From Macrostomum lignano (lineage: Eukaryota): a stretch of 63,803 bases of DNA. Positions 1 through 12,306 of this stretch are shown in pieces. Made by a program: the position numbers and the translations under genes. Each line of letters begins with the position of its first letter. Position 1 is the stretch's first letter. The DNA lies in assembly GCA_002269645.1 (NCBI GenBank), contig NIVC01000844.1, forward strand, positions 1 through 63,803. The letters are read 5' to 3'. Below the pieces are notes generated by a model, which ran no database searches, was not told where the DNA came from, and was given only the letters and a program-made list of their open reading frames with translations.

Positions 1-94
1 TATCTATCTATCAATCTATCTATCCTATCTATCTATCGATCTATCTATCTAAACTATCTATCTATCTATCACTATCTATCTATTATCTATCTAC

Positions 95-193
<99 letters not shown>

Positions 194-232
194 CCTATCT
201 ACCTACTATCTAATCTATAATCCATATCTATT
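1..232. repeat. (CTAT)n / (ATCT)n microsatellite
   Basis: Near-continuous CTAT tetramers from the window start. Confidence 0.97.
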
Positions 233-802
233 TATCTAAGCGAATTCCATTTTTTACATATCGATTCAGCCTGCTCTACCTCAGTAGGATAAAAAGGAAA
301 TTGTGAATTTTTTAGCCTCTAGGAAGCTTCAAATTTGGACAACAGCAGACCTCTTCAACGGCACCAGAACTAAACACACCCACAATACCAGAAGTTATGG
401 AAATCCGCACTATCAGGCCGCCAAGCCAATGCTGGCCTTCACCACTGCACACGGCCTGCTTTATAAACATGGACCAGTTACAAGTCAGCAATAAACAGGC
501 CTGGGCTGATAGCTGGGCCAGTGCAGAGACGAATGAGGGAGAGCCTGAACTGCCAACCCAACCACCCAACCCAGGCTGCGCTCCGTGGAGCTCTGTTTCC
601 TATTTAATTTAGAAAATACTGGAGAGGAAAGTTCTTGTCGCCTTGCTTTTATTACCAAATTAGGAAAAATAATTCTTTTCTAAAGCTTGTTCTTAACTTT
701 GAAAAAATTCAATTTTCCTATACAAAGTCGTCTAACAGTCTGCAACTGTCAACTTTATGCATCGGGGGCGTAGACAGTGAAGTCAGGGCCTCTGAAGCCT
801 CA

Positions 803-1292
803 GGGTGCTGGCGCGTGCTGGCGCCCCTGTGCTGGCGCCCTGGTGCTGGCGCCCTTGGTGCTGGCGCCCCTGGTGCTGGCGCCCCTTGTGCTGGCGCCCC
901 TGGTGCTGGCGCCCCTGGTGCTGGCGCCCTGGCTGGCGCCCCTGGTGCTGGCGCCCCTGGTGCTGGCGCCCCTGGTGCTGGCGCCCTGGTGCTGGCGCCC
1001 CTGGTGCTGCGCCCCTGGTGCTGGCGCCCCTGGTGCTGGCGCCCCTCGCCCCTGTGCTGGCGCCCCTGGTGCTGGCGCCCTGGTGCTGGCGCCCCTGGTG
1101 CTGGCGCCCCTGGTGCTGGCGCCCCTGGTGCTGGCGCCCCTGGTGCTGGCGCCCCTGGTGCTGGCGCCCCTGGTGCTGGCGCCCCCCACGATTGTGCCCC
1201 CCACGATGGTGCCCCTGGTGCTGGCGCCCCCCACGATGGTGCCCCCCACGATGGTGCCCCTGGTGCTGGCGCCCCCCACGATGGTGCCCCCT
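803..1292. repeat. 15-bp minisatellite TGGTGCTGGCGCCCC with a terminal CCCACGATGGTGCCC variant zone
   Basis: About 30 tandem monomers read directly; source of overlapping GAPGA/VLAPL ORFs. Confidence 0.97.
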
Positions 1293-2004
1293 AGCTAGAT
1301 GGCGCTCGGCAGTTGCCCCACCTGGTGGACCCCTCCAATACACTATCGCTGCATAACTACGAGCTCGTATTAACCGGAAATTCCCTAACCAGAATCTCTC
1401 TCTGCTGCAGTTCGGCCCAGTGCTCCATGGCTGCAGTCATGTACACTAGCTGCGCGCACATAAGTAAAGCGAGCGCACTGGCCCTCCCCTGACGCCAAGA
1501 GTAAAACTGATACTGAGAGGCAGCTTGAACTGCAGTCACTTTGGAGCTAGCTAATTAAAGCCATTACTATTTCGCATCTTGCCTATTTATAGTACTAAAA
1601 CTAAATAATTCCTGCAGTCTACATCTCAAACAAGAGTACCTTAACCAGCAGCAAGTGAGATGTACAGTCAATCTGTTAAAGGTGAGTTCAATGCTACTTA
1701 AACTGCAGTTGTACAAAACCCCTTACCCCTATTCTCAATAGAAAACGAACTTGCATTGGCTGGGTGCTAGTTGAAATTTTTTATTTACGAGCTACTAGCA
1801 GGCTAAGGCTATACAGCTAGGACTGCTTATTGCAATTTTGTTCACTTGGGTCTGATTGAAGCTAGCTATACCTGTTGTTTAAGCAGAGTTCCAGTACTAG
1901 ATAAACAATGTATTTTTGAGTGCTAATAAGTGTGGCGCAGATTAACATGGGTGAGTTGGCACTTTCATGTCTCCGTAGTCTTGTTCCTCTGCTCTCTCGT
2001 TGCT

Positions 2005-2335
2005 GCTGGCGCCCCCTTGTGCGCGCCCCTTGTGCTGGCGCCCCCTTGGTGCTAAAGCCCCTTGGTGCTAAAGCCCCTTGGTGCTAAAGCCCCTTGGTGC
2101 TAAAGCCCCTTGGTGCTAAAGCCCCTTGGTGCTAAAGCCCCTTGGTGCTAAAGCCCCTTGGTGCTAAAGCCCCTTGGTGCTAAAGCCCCTTGGTGCTAAA
2201 GCCCCTTGGTGCTAAAGCCCTTGGTGCTAAAGCCCCTTGGTGCTAAAGCCCCTTGGTGCTAAAGCCCCGGTGGTGCTAAAGCCCCTTGGTGCTAAAGCCC
2301 CTTGGTGCTAAAGCCCCTTGGTGCTGCGCCCCTTG
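2005..2335. repeat. 16-bp minisatellite TTGGTGCTAAAGCCCC
   Basis: About 17 copies, preceded by GCTGGCGCCCC-type monomers like those of the 803-1292 array. Confidence 0.95.
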
Positions 2336-2533
2336 GTCTTGAAACACAAGATTCGAGACATGCCTGCCTATAAAAATAACATATCGAATTCCCGAATTGG
2401 TTTGTGCCACAGACAGTCTTCGGGCGGAATAATATTGTTCGTGTTAATCTATTCTCATATCCCAATGGTAATGAATTGTCTTCGTTACCTTCTAAGCAGT
2501 AAGGAAGCTGGGTAGCCCATCAATCAGTAGCCA

Positions 2534-4721
2534 ATGAATTCCAGCCGGTTGCCAGTGGAGTTTTCCTACTCAGTCGAGCGCCGAGAATGCCAGCAAACTG
2601 CTCGCGTGCACCCTCACCCGAACCCCAATCCAGAGTCCGACCTCCACCGAGTGGAGCTGCACTGCCACTTTGAAGGCGCCCTGCGGCCCAGCACGGTGTT
2701 CAACATCGCCAAACGGCGCGGTCACAAGCTTCCGGTAGCTACGCCGGAAGAATTCGCCGAGTTCATGCGCCGGAAGGAGCCGTCGCTGCTGCGCGAGTTT
2801 CTCAGCTACTTCCCGGTGCTCATGTCCTTCGTTGCCGGCGATCCAGACGGCATTGTGCAGCTGGCGGTGGACTTTATCGAGGACTGCGCCAAGAACAAGA
2901 TTGCGTACATCGAGAGTAGGTACGTGCCGCAGCTGTTCGCCAAAGACTCCTTCACTGCGAGGACGGGCTGCAGGCTGTGCTGCGAGGATTCGAGCTGGGC
3001 TCGAAACGGTTCGGCGTCAAGGTGCGATCGATTCTCATTGCGATTCGAGCTATCCCAGGTGAGATTGGAACTTTTATTGTATGATAAGTTCTAGTCTTAG
3101 CATCGGAATATCAGCGAAGAAATATCGTTGAAACAACATAGCAACAGCCATAGCAACAGCACAGCAAAAATCATAGAAACAACATAGCAACAGCCATAGC
3201 AACAGCACAGCAAAAATAATAGAAGCAACATAGCAACAGCATAGCAACAGCCATAGAAACAGCATAAAAACAGCATAGCGACAACATGGAAACAGCATAG
3301 CAACAGCATAGCAACAGCATAGCAACAGCATAGCAGCAGCATAGCAACAGCATAGCAACAGCATAGCAACAGTATAAAAACGGTGAGACGACTTGTAACT
3401 CAGACAATTGCAAATCTATTTCAATTAATCAATTCCATTCTTTTCTGCCGTTCCCGCAGAATTCTGCGACGAAACCCTCCGCCTGGCCAAAGCCTACGCC
3501 AATCACGGCGTTGTCGGCATCGACGTGGCCGGCGACGACAAAGAGGACTATGACAGCGAGCGAGGCGGTACCCACCCAGACATTGTCCGGCTGTTCCAGG
3601 AGGCCTACAAGGCCGGCATTCACCGAACGGCGCACGCCGGCGAGAACTCGGGCGCAGAGATGGTCACCGAGGCGCTGGACTCGCTGCACGCTGAGCGGAT
3701 CGGACACGGCTACCACACGCTGGACAATCCGACTCTGTACCAGGTAGGGCTATGCTATGCCGTTGCTGTGCTGTTTTCATACTGTTGCTACGCCGTTGCT
3801 ATGCTGTTTTCATACTGTTGCTACGCCGTTGCTATGCTGTTTTCATACTGTTGCTATGCCGTTGCTGTGCTGTTTTTATACTGTTGCTGTGCTGTTACTA
3901 AGCCCCTTTTTCCCAGTCATTTTCACCCATCTCAAAAATCGTCTGTCTTTTTAAAGAACTCTTGCTTCTAAAAGTGCCATTTTCTATAAGAAGTTCATTT
4001 TCTAAGAAAAAATCATTTGAAAAAACCATCCTTTTCTACGAGTATTTCTAAGAATCGCCCTTTCTTTTAAAAATGGCTTCTATTTCTAAGAATCGCCCTT
4101 CCTTTTAAAATCGATTCTTTTTCTAAGAATCGCCCTTCCTTCTAAAAATCGCTTCTATTTCTAAGAATCGCCCTTCCTTCTAAAAATCGCTTCTATTTCT
4201 AAGAATCGCCCTTCCTTCTAAAAATCGCTTCTATTTCTAAGAATCGCCCTTCCTTCTAAAAATCGCTTCTATTTCTAAGAATCGCCCTTCCTTCTAAAAA
4301 TCGCTTCTATTTCTAAGTCGTGCTCCTTTCTAAGAGTCATTCTAATCAAGTCCAATTGTTTAATTTTCATCGAACGGCTACACTCCGATCGCATCTCCAG
4401 CGCATACTGCACGACCGAGTCCACCTGGAGACCTGCCCGCTGTCCAGCCACCTGACCTCGGCGGTGCTCACGGACTGGCCCCATCATCCAATCCAGAGGC
4501 TGGCAGCCGACAAGGCCAACTACTCCATCAACACGGACGATCCCACTTTGACTGGCCAATGGCTCGATGCGGAATACCGGATGTGCTTGGACCGCATCGG
4601 CCTACCCCCCTGGGAGCTGGTGCGCACCAACTATTGCGCCGCGAGGTCCAGCTTCCTGCCGGAAGAGGAGAAAGCCGACCTCATCGCCCAACTGGACGCT
4701 TATTATCGGGTGCGACTGTGA
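2534..4721 (+). CDS. ADA: Adenosine deaminase (3-4 exons; apparent 1-nt deletion at about 2958)
   Basis: Exons 2534 (or alternative exon 2360-2399 spliced to 2634)-3058, 3460-3743, 4401-4721 with GT-AG ends and matching phases. Motifs VELHCHFEG, YIESRY, GIDVAGD, TAHAGE, RIGHGY, TCPLSS, SINTDDP. After ...FT-A the homologous frame shifts to EDGLQAVLRGFELGSKRFGVKVRSIL. Confidence 0.93.
3130..3385. repeat. Intronic (CATAGCAACAG)n-type minisatellite
   Basis: Tandem 11-mer core in the ADA intron 3059-3459. Confidence 0.9.
3750..3897. repeat. Intronic (CTGTTGCTATG)-type repeat, reverse complement of 3130-3385
   Basis: For example GTTTTTATACTGTTGCTGTGC near 3872 complements GCATAGCAACAGTATAAAAAC near 3361. 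Confidence 0.85.
4048..4318. repeat. 38-bp minisatellite CTAAGAATCGCCCTTCCTTCTAAAAATCGCTTCTATTT
   Basis: About 7 tandem copies in the last ADA intron. Confidence 0.93.
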
Positions 4722-4812
4722 GCGCAGCTGTTGATCGAATTCAATTGCGCTGTTTTACGACTCCAAAGTTTAACATATAATTGACTGAGCATAAATATGA
4801 TTCGAACGTTGT

Positions 4813-5390
4813 CTACCTGAGATGCTTACCTGAGATGTGTACCTGATATGTGTACCTGAGATGTGTACCTGAGATGTGTACATGAGATGTGTACCTGAGA
4901 TGTGTACCTGAGATGTGTACCTGAGATGTGTACCTGAGATGAGATGTGTACCTGAGATGAGATGTGTACCTGAGATGCTTACCTGAGATGAGTACCTGAG
5001 ATGTGTACCTGAGATGAGATGTGTACCTGAGATGAGTACCTGAGATGAGATGTGTACCTGAGTTGTGTACCTGAGAAGTGTACCTGAGATGAGATGTGTA
5101 CCTGAGATGAGGTGTGTACCTGAGATGAGGTGTGTACCTGAGATGAGGTGTGTACCTGAGATGAGATGTGTACCTGAGATGAGATGTGTACCTGAGATGA
5201 GATGTGTACCTGAGATGAGGTGTGTACCTGAGATGAGATGTGTACCTGAGATGAGTACCTGAGATGAGATGAGTACCTGAGATGAGGTGTGTACCTGAGA
5301 TGAGTACCTGAGATGAGTACCTGAGATGTGTACCTGAGATGAGTACCTGAGTTGAGTACCTGAGATGTGTACCTGAAATGAGATGTGTAC
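4813..5390. repeat. Composite minisatellite built on GTGTACCTGAGAT (13/18/20-nt variants)
   Basis: Direct reading; lies downstream of the ADA stop codon. Confidence 0.95.
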
Positions 5391-6189
5391 CGCCATGCGG
5401 CACTAAATATTAGGAATTTTAAACTGCTAAATAAAAAATATTAGTTAACTTGTTGAACTGTAACTGCCTAATGAACATCAGTCATAATATAGCTTGTTTT
5501 TAAACATCTAGAATTTAAATATACATAATTTAGTGTTTAACAAGTCTCACTGTTAAATCTATGCAATACTGTATTTACCCTTATAATTTTCGACTTCAAG
5601 ACTACAAAAGTTGAGGGTGTTATTAGTTGTACAGCCACTGCAGAGTAAATCTGATAAAAGGTGAGCAAACAAGCGTTCAGTGCTTGACATTTAGTTTTAT
5701 TTAACACCTTTACCGTCTACTAGATTTGGGTTTGGCTATTATATCTCTATACAATACTATTTGAAGTCGTGTTTTACGAGCTTCGGCTATTAACGCGATT
5801 AGATTAGGCGGTGAGTGTCTATTGTACAGCGTTTGTTTAACTGTGCTCGCAGTTGGCTCAAGTTATTTTCCTAAAAAAATTCTAGTCCCTAAAAAAGCAG
5901 TTCAAGTGTAGTGTAGGACTAACTCTAGCTTTTACACTACTATTAGTAGTTTTAGTTCAGGGAAATATCATAGTTAAGTTAGTTAAAGCTTATCTGTGGG
6001 ATGCTCGACTAGAAATGCACAGAGAAGTCACGCATTAACACTAGCGCCAGATGGTTCTGAAAGAATCACGTGACTGGCTCTTTTTTCTCATTTTTTTGAA
6101 AGGCCAGCCATCAATCAAATGCGATTTCAGCCCTATTTTTCGAAACTTCCCGGATTTTGACAGCTGTGGCCTTAACCCCTAAAAGTAGG

Positions 6190-6605
6190 GTGGCTCAGGC
6201 TATGAAATCCGCCTCCCGGCTTGTCGGAGTCACAGAATTAATTAACAAAGCTTCTGGCTTTGTGCCAATGAAAACTCGAATCCCGCATATGGATTTCGTC
6301 CATCGCGACCTTATCAACATCCACCATCGACACGGGTGATATGGACAAGTCGCCTCCCCGCTCTCAACATCAGGAGGGGCTTCCAGACCGCCATCCCTGC
6401 CAAGCAGTGTGCCAAGCAACTGCTCCTGGCGAAATTCAGAAGTTTCAACATTCATTTTTACACTGATAGCCAAGCCGCTATCAAGTTCATAGCCACCGAA
6501 AAAAATCGTGCAGTGTGCAGTGCAATCTCTATCAGTTCTTGTCAGGATTAGAACTATCTGGACACCCGGTCACAGCAACGAGCTCGCGGATTATCTCGCC
6601 AAGGA
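6190..6605 (+). mobile_element. Degenerate RNase H fragment of a non-LTR retrotransposon
   Basis: IHFYTDSQAAIK (about 6450-6485) and, in another frame, IWTPGHSNELADYLAK (about 6556-6603) match the retroelement RNase H motifs TDS and WxPGH..NExAD. Confidence 0.75.
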
Positions 6606-6930
6606 GCTGCATTTGATCTGACTGTGGAATGTCGGGTTGGAGCTGCATTTGATCTGAGTGTGGAATGTCGGGTTGGAGCTGCATTTGATCTGAGTGTGGA
6701 ATGTCGGGTTGGAGCTGCATTTGATCTGACTGTGGAATGTCGGGTTGGAGCTGCATTTGATCTGACTGTGGAATGTCGGGTTGGAGCTGCATTTGATCTG
6801 ACTGTGGAATGTCGGGTTGGAGCTCCAATTTGATCTGAGTGTGGAATGTCGGGTTGGAGCTGCATTTGATCTGACTGTGGAATGTCGGGTTGGAGCTCCA
6901 ATTTGATCTGAGTGTGGAATGTCGGGTTAA
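6604..6930. repeat. 36-bp minisatellite GGAGCTGCATTTGATCTGACTGTGGAATGTCGGGTT
   Basis: About 9 tandem copies starting directly after the RNase H fragment. Confidence 0.95.
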
Positions 6931-7774
6931 AGTTGCATTTGCGTCGAAAGAGGGTGGTAGGTGAGGGCAGAAGGAGAGGGTGGAGGAAGAGGGAGGAAGT
7001 AGAGGGCGGAAGGAGAGGTCGGAGGGAGAGGGCGGAGGAGAGGGCGGAAGGAGAGCGCGAAAGGAGAGGGCGGAATCCCAGCTCATGCTCCGTGCTCAGA
7101 CTCACCAGTCAAGCTGACTCTTCCGTGATCTCTCAGCAATTATTCGAAAATTCACTCCGCAGCACCCGATACTACGCAATGATGCCAGCCAAATACGAGC
7201 TATAAAAGCTCCAAGTATGAATTATACAGCAGCTGCGGTCGCCATGACAACCTGGCAGCTCTAGATTTCAACAGAGACTGCCTCTCCCAGAGGCGGTGGG
7301 GATGGGCCTCGTGAAACTGACTGCAGCTCACTGCATGCAGAGCTGGGCCGCATTCGAAGGCTCTGGGAGCGGCTTGGAGTCTGAGGCGGCCCGGAGCCGC
7401 GACTGCTGCCTCTGGCGGCAGGGGCTGCCCATGCGGGACGGCTGTCGGACTGGGGCTTGAGAGTCGAGAGAGAGAGAGAGAGAGAGAGAGGATGCAACTG
7501 GGGCCAACCAATTCATTTGTCAAAATCACTCTCTAGCAAATCAAACGGCATAACTGATCATTCCTGACCTCTAGATGTTCAATGAGAAAAGAAATTTATC
7601 TCTGTTCTCTACTGAGTCTCTCGTCTCCATCAAACTCTTCTCCATGCGGGAGGGCTGGAGATGTGGAAGTGACGTCAAAGTGGGTCACAGGAGGACCATC
7701 TCAGGCTGGAGAAACTTTAATATCTGCCCAAGTCTCGATATTTTTATAGCATCCGGCAATCTGCGCCCGCCATT

Positions 7775-8112
7775 GGCAGGGCGCCCCTGTCTCTTAGGAG
7801 GGCACCCTAGCTGTCTCTTAGGAGGGCGCCCCTGTCTCTTAGGTGGGCGCCTCTGTCTCTTAGGTGGGCGCCCCTGTCTCTTAGGAGGGCGCCCGGTCTC
7901 TTAGGAGGGCGCCCCTGTCTCTTAGGAGGGCGCCCCTGTCTCTTAGGAGGGCGACCCTGTCTCTTAGGAGGGCGCCCCTGTCTCTTAGGAGGGCGACACT
8001 GTCTCTTAGGAGGGCGCCCCTGTCTCTTAGGAGGGCGACCCTGTCTCTTAGGAGGGCGACCCTGTCTCTTTGGAGGCGCCCCTGTCTCCTAGGAGGGCGC
8101 CCCTGTCTCTTT
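7775..8112. repeat. 21-bp minisatellite AGGGCGCCCCTGTCTCTTAGG
   Basis: About 15 tandem copies. Confidence 0.93.
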
Positions 8113-8194
8113 GGGCCTCCTTGTCTCCTACATGTAGTTGGAGCGTCCCTGCTCCTGTCTTCTGTGGCCGGTGGATACCATGTCCATCTAGATT

Positions 8195-8395
8195 CTAGAT
8201 GCGAAACACTAGAAGTTAGATGCTAGATGTCATATGCTAAGCACTGGATGCTAGATGCCATATGCTAAGCACTGGATGCTAGATTCCAGATGCTAAGCAC
8301 TGGATGCTAGATGCTAAACACTAGAAGTTAGATGCTAGAGGATGCCAGCTGCTAGATGTGAGATGCTAGGCGCTAAATACGAGATAAAAGATGCT
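8195..8395. repeat. Degenerate GATGCTAGATG-core tandem repeat
   Basis: Repeated GATGCTAGATGCCATATGCTAAGCACTG-like units. Confidence 0.7.
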
Positions 8396-8885
8396 TACAA
8401 CATTTATGACGAGAAGCCAGAACCCCCGGAAAAAAACCTCTCGTTCCCTACATGGCAGCTCGTGAGCCAGTTATTCGCACGGGTGGAGACGGCGGATTAG
8501 TCTAATGGCTGGATTAACTGATTTTTACCTTTGAACGTCTCTCTGCGTGCCTCTCGCTGTCCTCTCTCTTCGCTATAGCATCCCATCTATGGTGTTCGAT
8601 CTGACAGGAGTGCGTGGTGGACCAGATCATTTAGTGATTGATTTCTACTTAAATTCAAACAAACTGTTTATTTGAGAGTTTGTAAGAAAAAAGAATGTTG
8701 TTGTTATTGTTTATTTTCGAAGTACATCAATACTTACTGCAGTTCGATAGAGTTCGATGCTAGTGCAATTAGGACAAAAAATACGATATTACTTTTTCAA
8801 ATTTGTTTTGTTTAATTTATGTCTTGTTAAACTGACGCCTTAGACCAGAGATCTATACTGCCCCGTCGGAATTGTAAAGCTTCTT

Positions 8886-11165
8886 TCAATGCTCTCGTCC
8901 GAAGACTTGAATCTCGCACAGGTTCACCAGAAAGTCGGCGTCCAACTCCCACACTTCGACTAGGGAAGAGCTCGCCAGCTTAGAGGCGGTGCAGGCGAAG
9001 TCGATGGCCTCCACGCCGTCTTTGCTGATGGACGCCTCGCCAGACCTGATGCAGTCCACGCCGGCCGAGGCCACCCGGAAGAAGGTCGCGCCGCCGTTGT
9101 CTGGCCGGTAGATTCGCACAGACGACACCGGGACAGACGCCTGCGAGGACGAGTTGAAGCCGCCGTACCAGCTGGGAAAGACGGCTGGACCGGACACAAC
9201 CGCTGGAAAGTCCGAAGCCAGCTGACCGTCCATCGCGCGGCCGCAGACTCCCGGCTCGGCAACTGAGCAGTAGGCAAACGGGATCGGCTGCCGGTCGTCA
9301 GAGTACGCGACCACCTCGAGGAGGCGCATTTGGATTACCAGCGGCTCGGAGCGGATCATCAGCGAGCTGACGTTTTCCAGCTCTCCGGCGGAGCTGCCGT
9401 CAGTTGTAAAGCAGTCCAGTGAATGAGCCGCAGACTTTGAGGGTTTAGTTGCGTCTCTGACAGTGGATTGGTGCATAGTTGGGTAAATTTATTAGTCTTT
9501 TAGAGCTTCAATTTTTACGCAAAATAAAAAGCAAACATTTCCAACCGCATGCAAGGTTAAAGCGTTCAAGCAGCAGGAGAAATTTGAACCTAAGAAGGTG
9601 CATAACGTTCACCTACAAGAGATTCACCCGTAGGAGGTTCAACCGCAGTAGGTTCACCCGAAGGAGGTTCACCCGAAGGAGGTTCACCCGAAGGAGGTTC
9701 ACCCGAAGGAGGTTCACCCGAAAGAGGTTTACCCGAAAGAGGTTTACCCGAAGGAGGTTCACCCGAAGGAGGTTCACCCGAAGGAGGTTCACCCGAAGGA
9801 GGTTCACCCGAAGGAGGTTCACCCGAAGGAGGTTCACCCGAAGGAGGTTCACCCGAAGGAGGTTCACCCGAAAGAGGTTTACCCGAAAGAGGTTTACCCG
9901 AAGGAGGTTCACCCGAAGGAGGTTCACCCGAAGGAGGTTCACCCGAAGGAGGTTCACCCGAAGGAGGTTCACCCGAAGGAGGTTCACCCGAAGGAGGTTC
10001 ACCCGAAGGAGGTTCACCCGAAGGAGTTTCCAAGGTGAAGGACATCTCTAATATTTGTAGCTCCATTGAAATGCCCATAAGGATAGCTAATAAAAAAAAC
10101 ATCAGTGCAGTTACACCAACCCAGCCGATTTGCAGCGCAGCTCGTGAGCTTGAGCGTTGCTAGCCAAGGACACCGAATAGTTAGTACTGCCGGCGCCTCC
10201 GACCAGCAGCTTCAGCTCGCTGACTTTGACCAAATGGCCAACCAGGTTGAACACGGCGAAGTAGAAGTTCTCTTCCATTTTGTGCGCAACGAAGCAGGTA
10301 GTGGGGTCGCCATCGCCAGCCAGCTGGCAGGCGCTGTTCTCGGGGTGCACAGAGCGATGGACAGGGTGCCGGGCAGGGCTGCGGAATGGACAGGGCATGG
10401 TTATATGTAATGCAACCAGTGAGTAGGTTGTAGCCTAGTGGTCAGAGCGTCGGACTCACGACTGAAAGGTATGGGGTTCGATTCCCGATCCCACTCGGAA
10501 CAATTTGTGGCCTTGAGCAAGACTCTTAACTCTGCATTTCTACAGTTCACCCAGCTGTAAACGGGTGTCTGCATTAGCTGGGGTAATTGAGGCTGTGTGG
10601 CGACCCCCCCCCCAGTCCTTGGACTGAACAGCCGTACGCAGCCTTCAGATGCGCCGCGCAATAGCTGCGGCTGAGCTGTCGGTTGCACAGGTGCCCATCA
10701 GGGCAGGTGTAATTAGTGATACTTTTATTACTAGTATCCTCGTTCTTTCATTGCTACTATTAGTAGAGTAGTTTATGAAAGCTTAAAGTTCTATTATTCA
10801 TTTTATGCGTGCAAAACTTATTATTACTGTATGTTCAGTAATGATGAAAATGCTAGCTATAAAAGTTTTAAATGAATGAATGTGTAAATATAAAAAGCTC
10901 GGTGATTTATTGCTGTCAAAAGCGCATGCTTCATTTAAAATAATCTTCTGAAGTCCGAAAACAAAATAGAAAATTTATCACCTAGCATAGAAAATTACAG
11001 CCTAAAAATCCCTCTGATTGCTCAGATTTATAATACACCTTGGACTTATATAGAAATGTTTTGCCTTTAATTTAAACTTCAAACTAACTTACCTGCTCCG
11101 TTAATGGGGCATACAGTAGCCAAGCTGAATAGTAGCAAACAGCAGGAAATCGGTACTAATGACAT
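8886..11165 (-). CDS. Secreted protein with F5/8-type-C / fucolectin-like (galactose-binding fold) domains
   Basis: Exons 10378-10115 and 9456-8886 join in frame (TTG GT|A GAC). Motifs LAGDGDPTTCF, CGRAMDG and terminal LVNLCEIQVFG. Probable signal-peptide exon 11165-11093 (MSLVPISCCLLLFSLATVCPING) needs one unresolved phase 1-to-2 exon between. Confidence 0.7.
9625..10025. repeat. 15-bp intronic minisatellite GAAGGAGGTTCACCC
   Basis: About 26 copies; an AAAGAGGTTTACCC variant doublet recurs at 9721 and 9871 (150-bp period). Confidence 0.96.
10421..10730 (+). mobile_element. tRNA-derived SINE with a CORE-like central domain
   Basis: Acceptor stem GAGTAGG/CCCACTC, A box TAGCCTAGTGG, B box GGTTCGATTCC, broken anticodon arm. 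It continues GTGGCCTTGAGCAAGACTCTTAAC...CAGTT...CTGTAAACGGG, resembling the MIR CORE consensus. 3' boundary approximate. Confidence 0.7.
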
Positions 11166-12306
11166 CCTTAAAGAAAATCTTAGTTTGTAAACAGTGCACA
11201 CTGCAAGATACTTGACAATATTTTTAATCAAATTGACTGTAGGTTTTTTATAAGCTTTTGGCGACCTGGGTCTGAATTGGGCTGTTACAAGCTAAAGTAT
11301 TGATTAGTTATCGCGGGGTCACGTCTTGCTCCCTCGGCGCTGATTGGCTGGACAGCCAGCCCCCCGTCCAGACCTGCCCCACTCCCCAATATTTGCTCAG
11401 CCTGCAATGTACGTCTGTTTTCTATGCACTGTACAGTCTGAACAGCCTCTGTCTATTTTTGCCAATAAAAAATCGCAAATGAGCTTACTCCCTTAACTGA
11501 AGGCTCGTTCACCCACACCGCCATAAAATAAGGCCAAATTTGTGTGATCCACACAGCGTACATCAAATTTGATTCCTATGTACATTGGTTTTTTTTTACT
11601 TGGAGGCTAAATTGATGGCAGTGTGATGTGAATGAGCCTGTCTTAAGACAGCTTAAGAAAATTGTTGCATTTTTTTAACATTAAAAGAGCGAATAAGATA
11701 GAGAGTCGATGTTGAATGCTTAAAACCTTGTATAAATTGCCATTAAACGAGACGAGAGTTGCATTTTTGAGTAATATTTTTGAGTAATATTAGGTGGCTG
11801 TGTGAACTACAAGTACTCACGAATGTCTAACGAAGGCAACAAGCTTTTTCATAAAGTTTTGCGCGCATTAATAAGTTGCTCAAGAAAAAGACGTTTTATA
11901 AATAACAAAATAATCAAGATACAATAACTAATACCACATATATACTTATGATACTACTCAAAGTGTGCAAAACTCATTTTAAACAAGACCTGTGCAAAAA
12001 GTATCACCCAGATCAAAGTAAAAGGTAGTGAGTAGTAGTATGAAGGTAAATATTTATATCGTGTGCTAGCTAGGCAAAAGTCGGCTGCAAGAGTAGCGAT
12101 TGATGTACAATCTTATGTACATAAAGGTAAATATATGCTCACCAACAGCTAAACCCCAACTGAACTAATGCTTTCACGGCACAAAAGCCAAGCAAAGCTC
12201 ATTGGTAGTGATTCAGTAAAATGTAACATGCAAGAGTTCCGTTACTCGTTGTGGAGTCGGGGTCAGCCTGGATCTTTTATGTCAAATGCAGCGCGCTATT
12301 TTACTA

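Noticed and set aside
303-612. Short ORFs near the window start
   Set aside because: No recognisable motif or splice partners; at most a retroelement remnant.
635-1356. Collagen/elastin-like GAPGA ORFs
   Set aside because: They arise from the 15-mer minisatellite, with all frames open.
7200-7529. GC-rich segment with overlapping ORFs next to an (AG)n tract
   Set aside because: No identifiable domain and no in-phase exon partners.
10421-10496. Functional tRNA gene (CAC-like anticodon)
   Set aside because: The anticodon and T stems are broken and the sequence runs straight into a SINE-like body.
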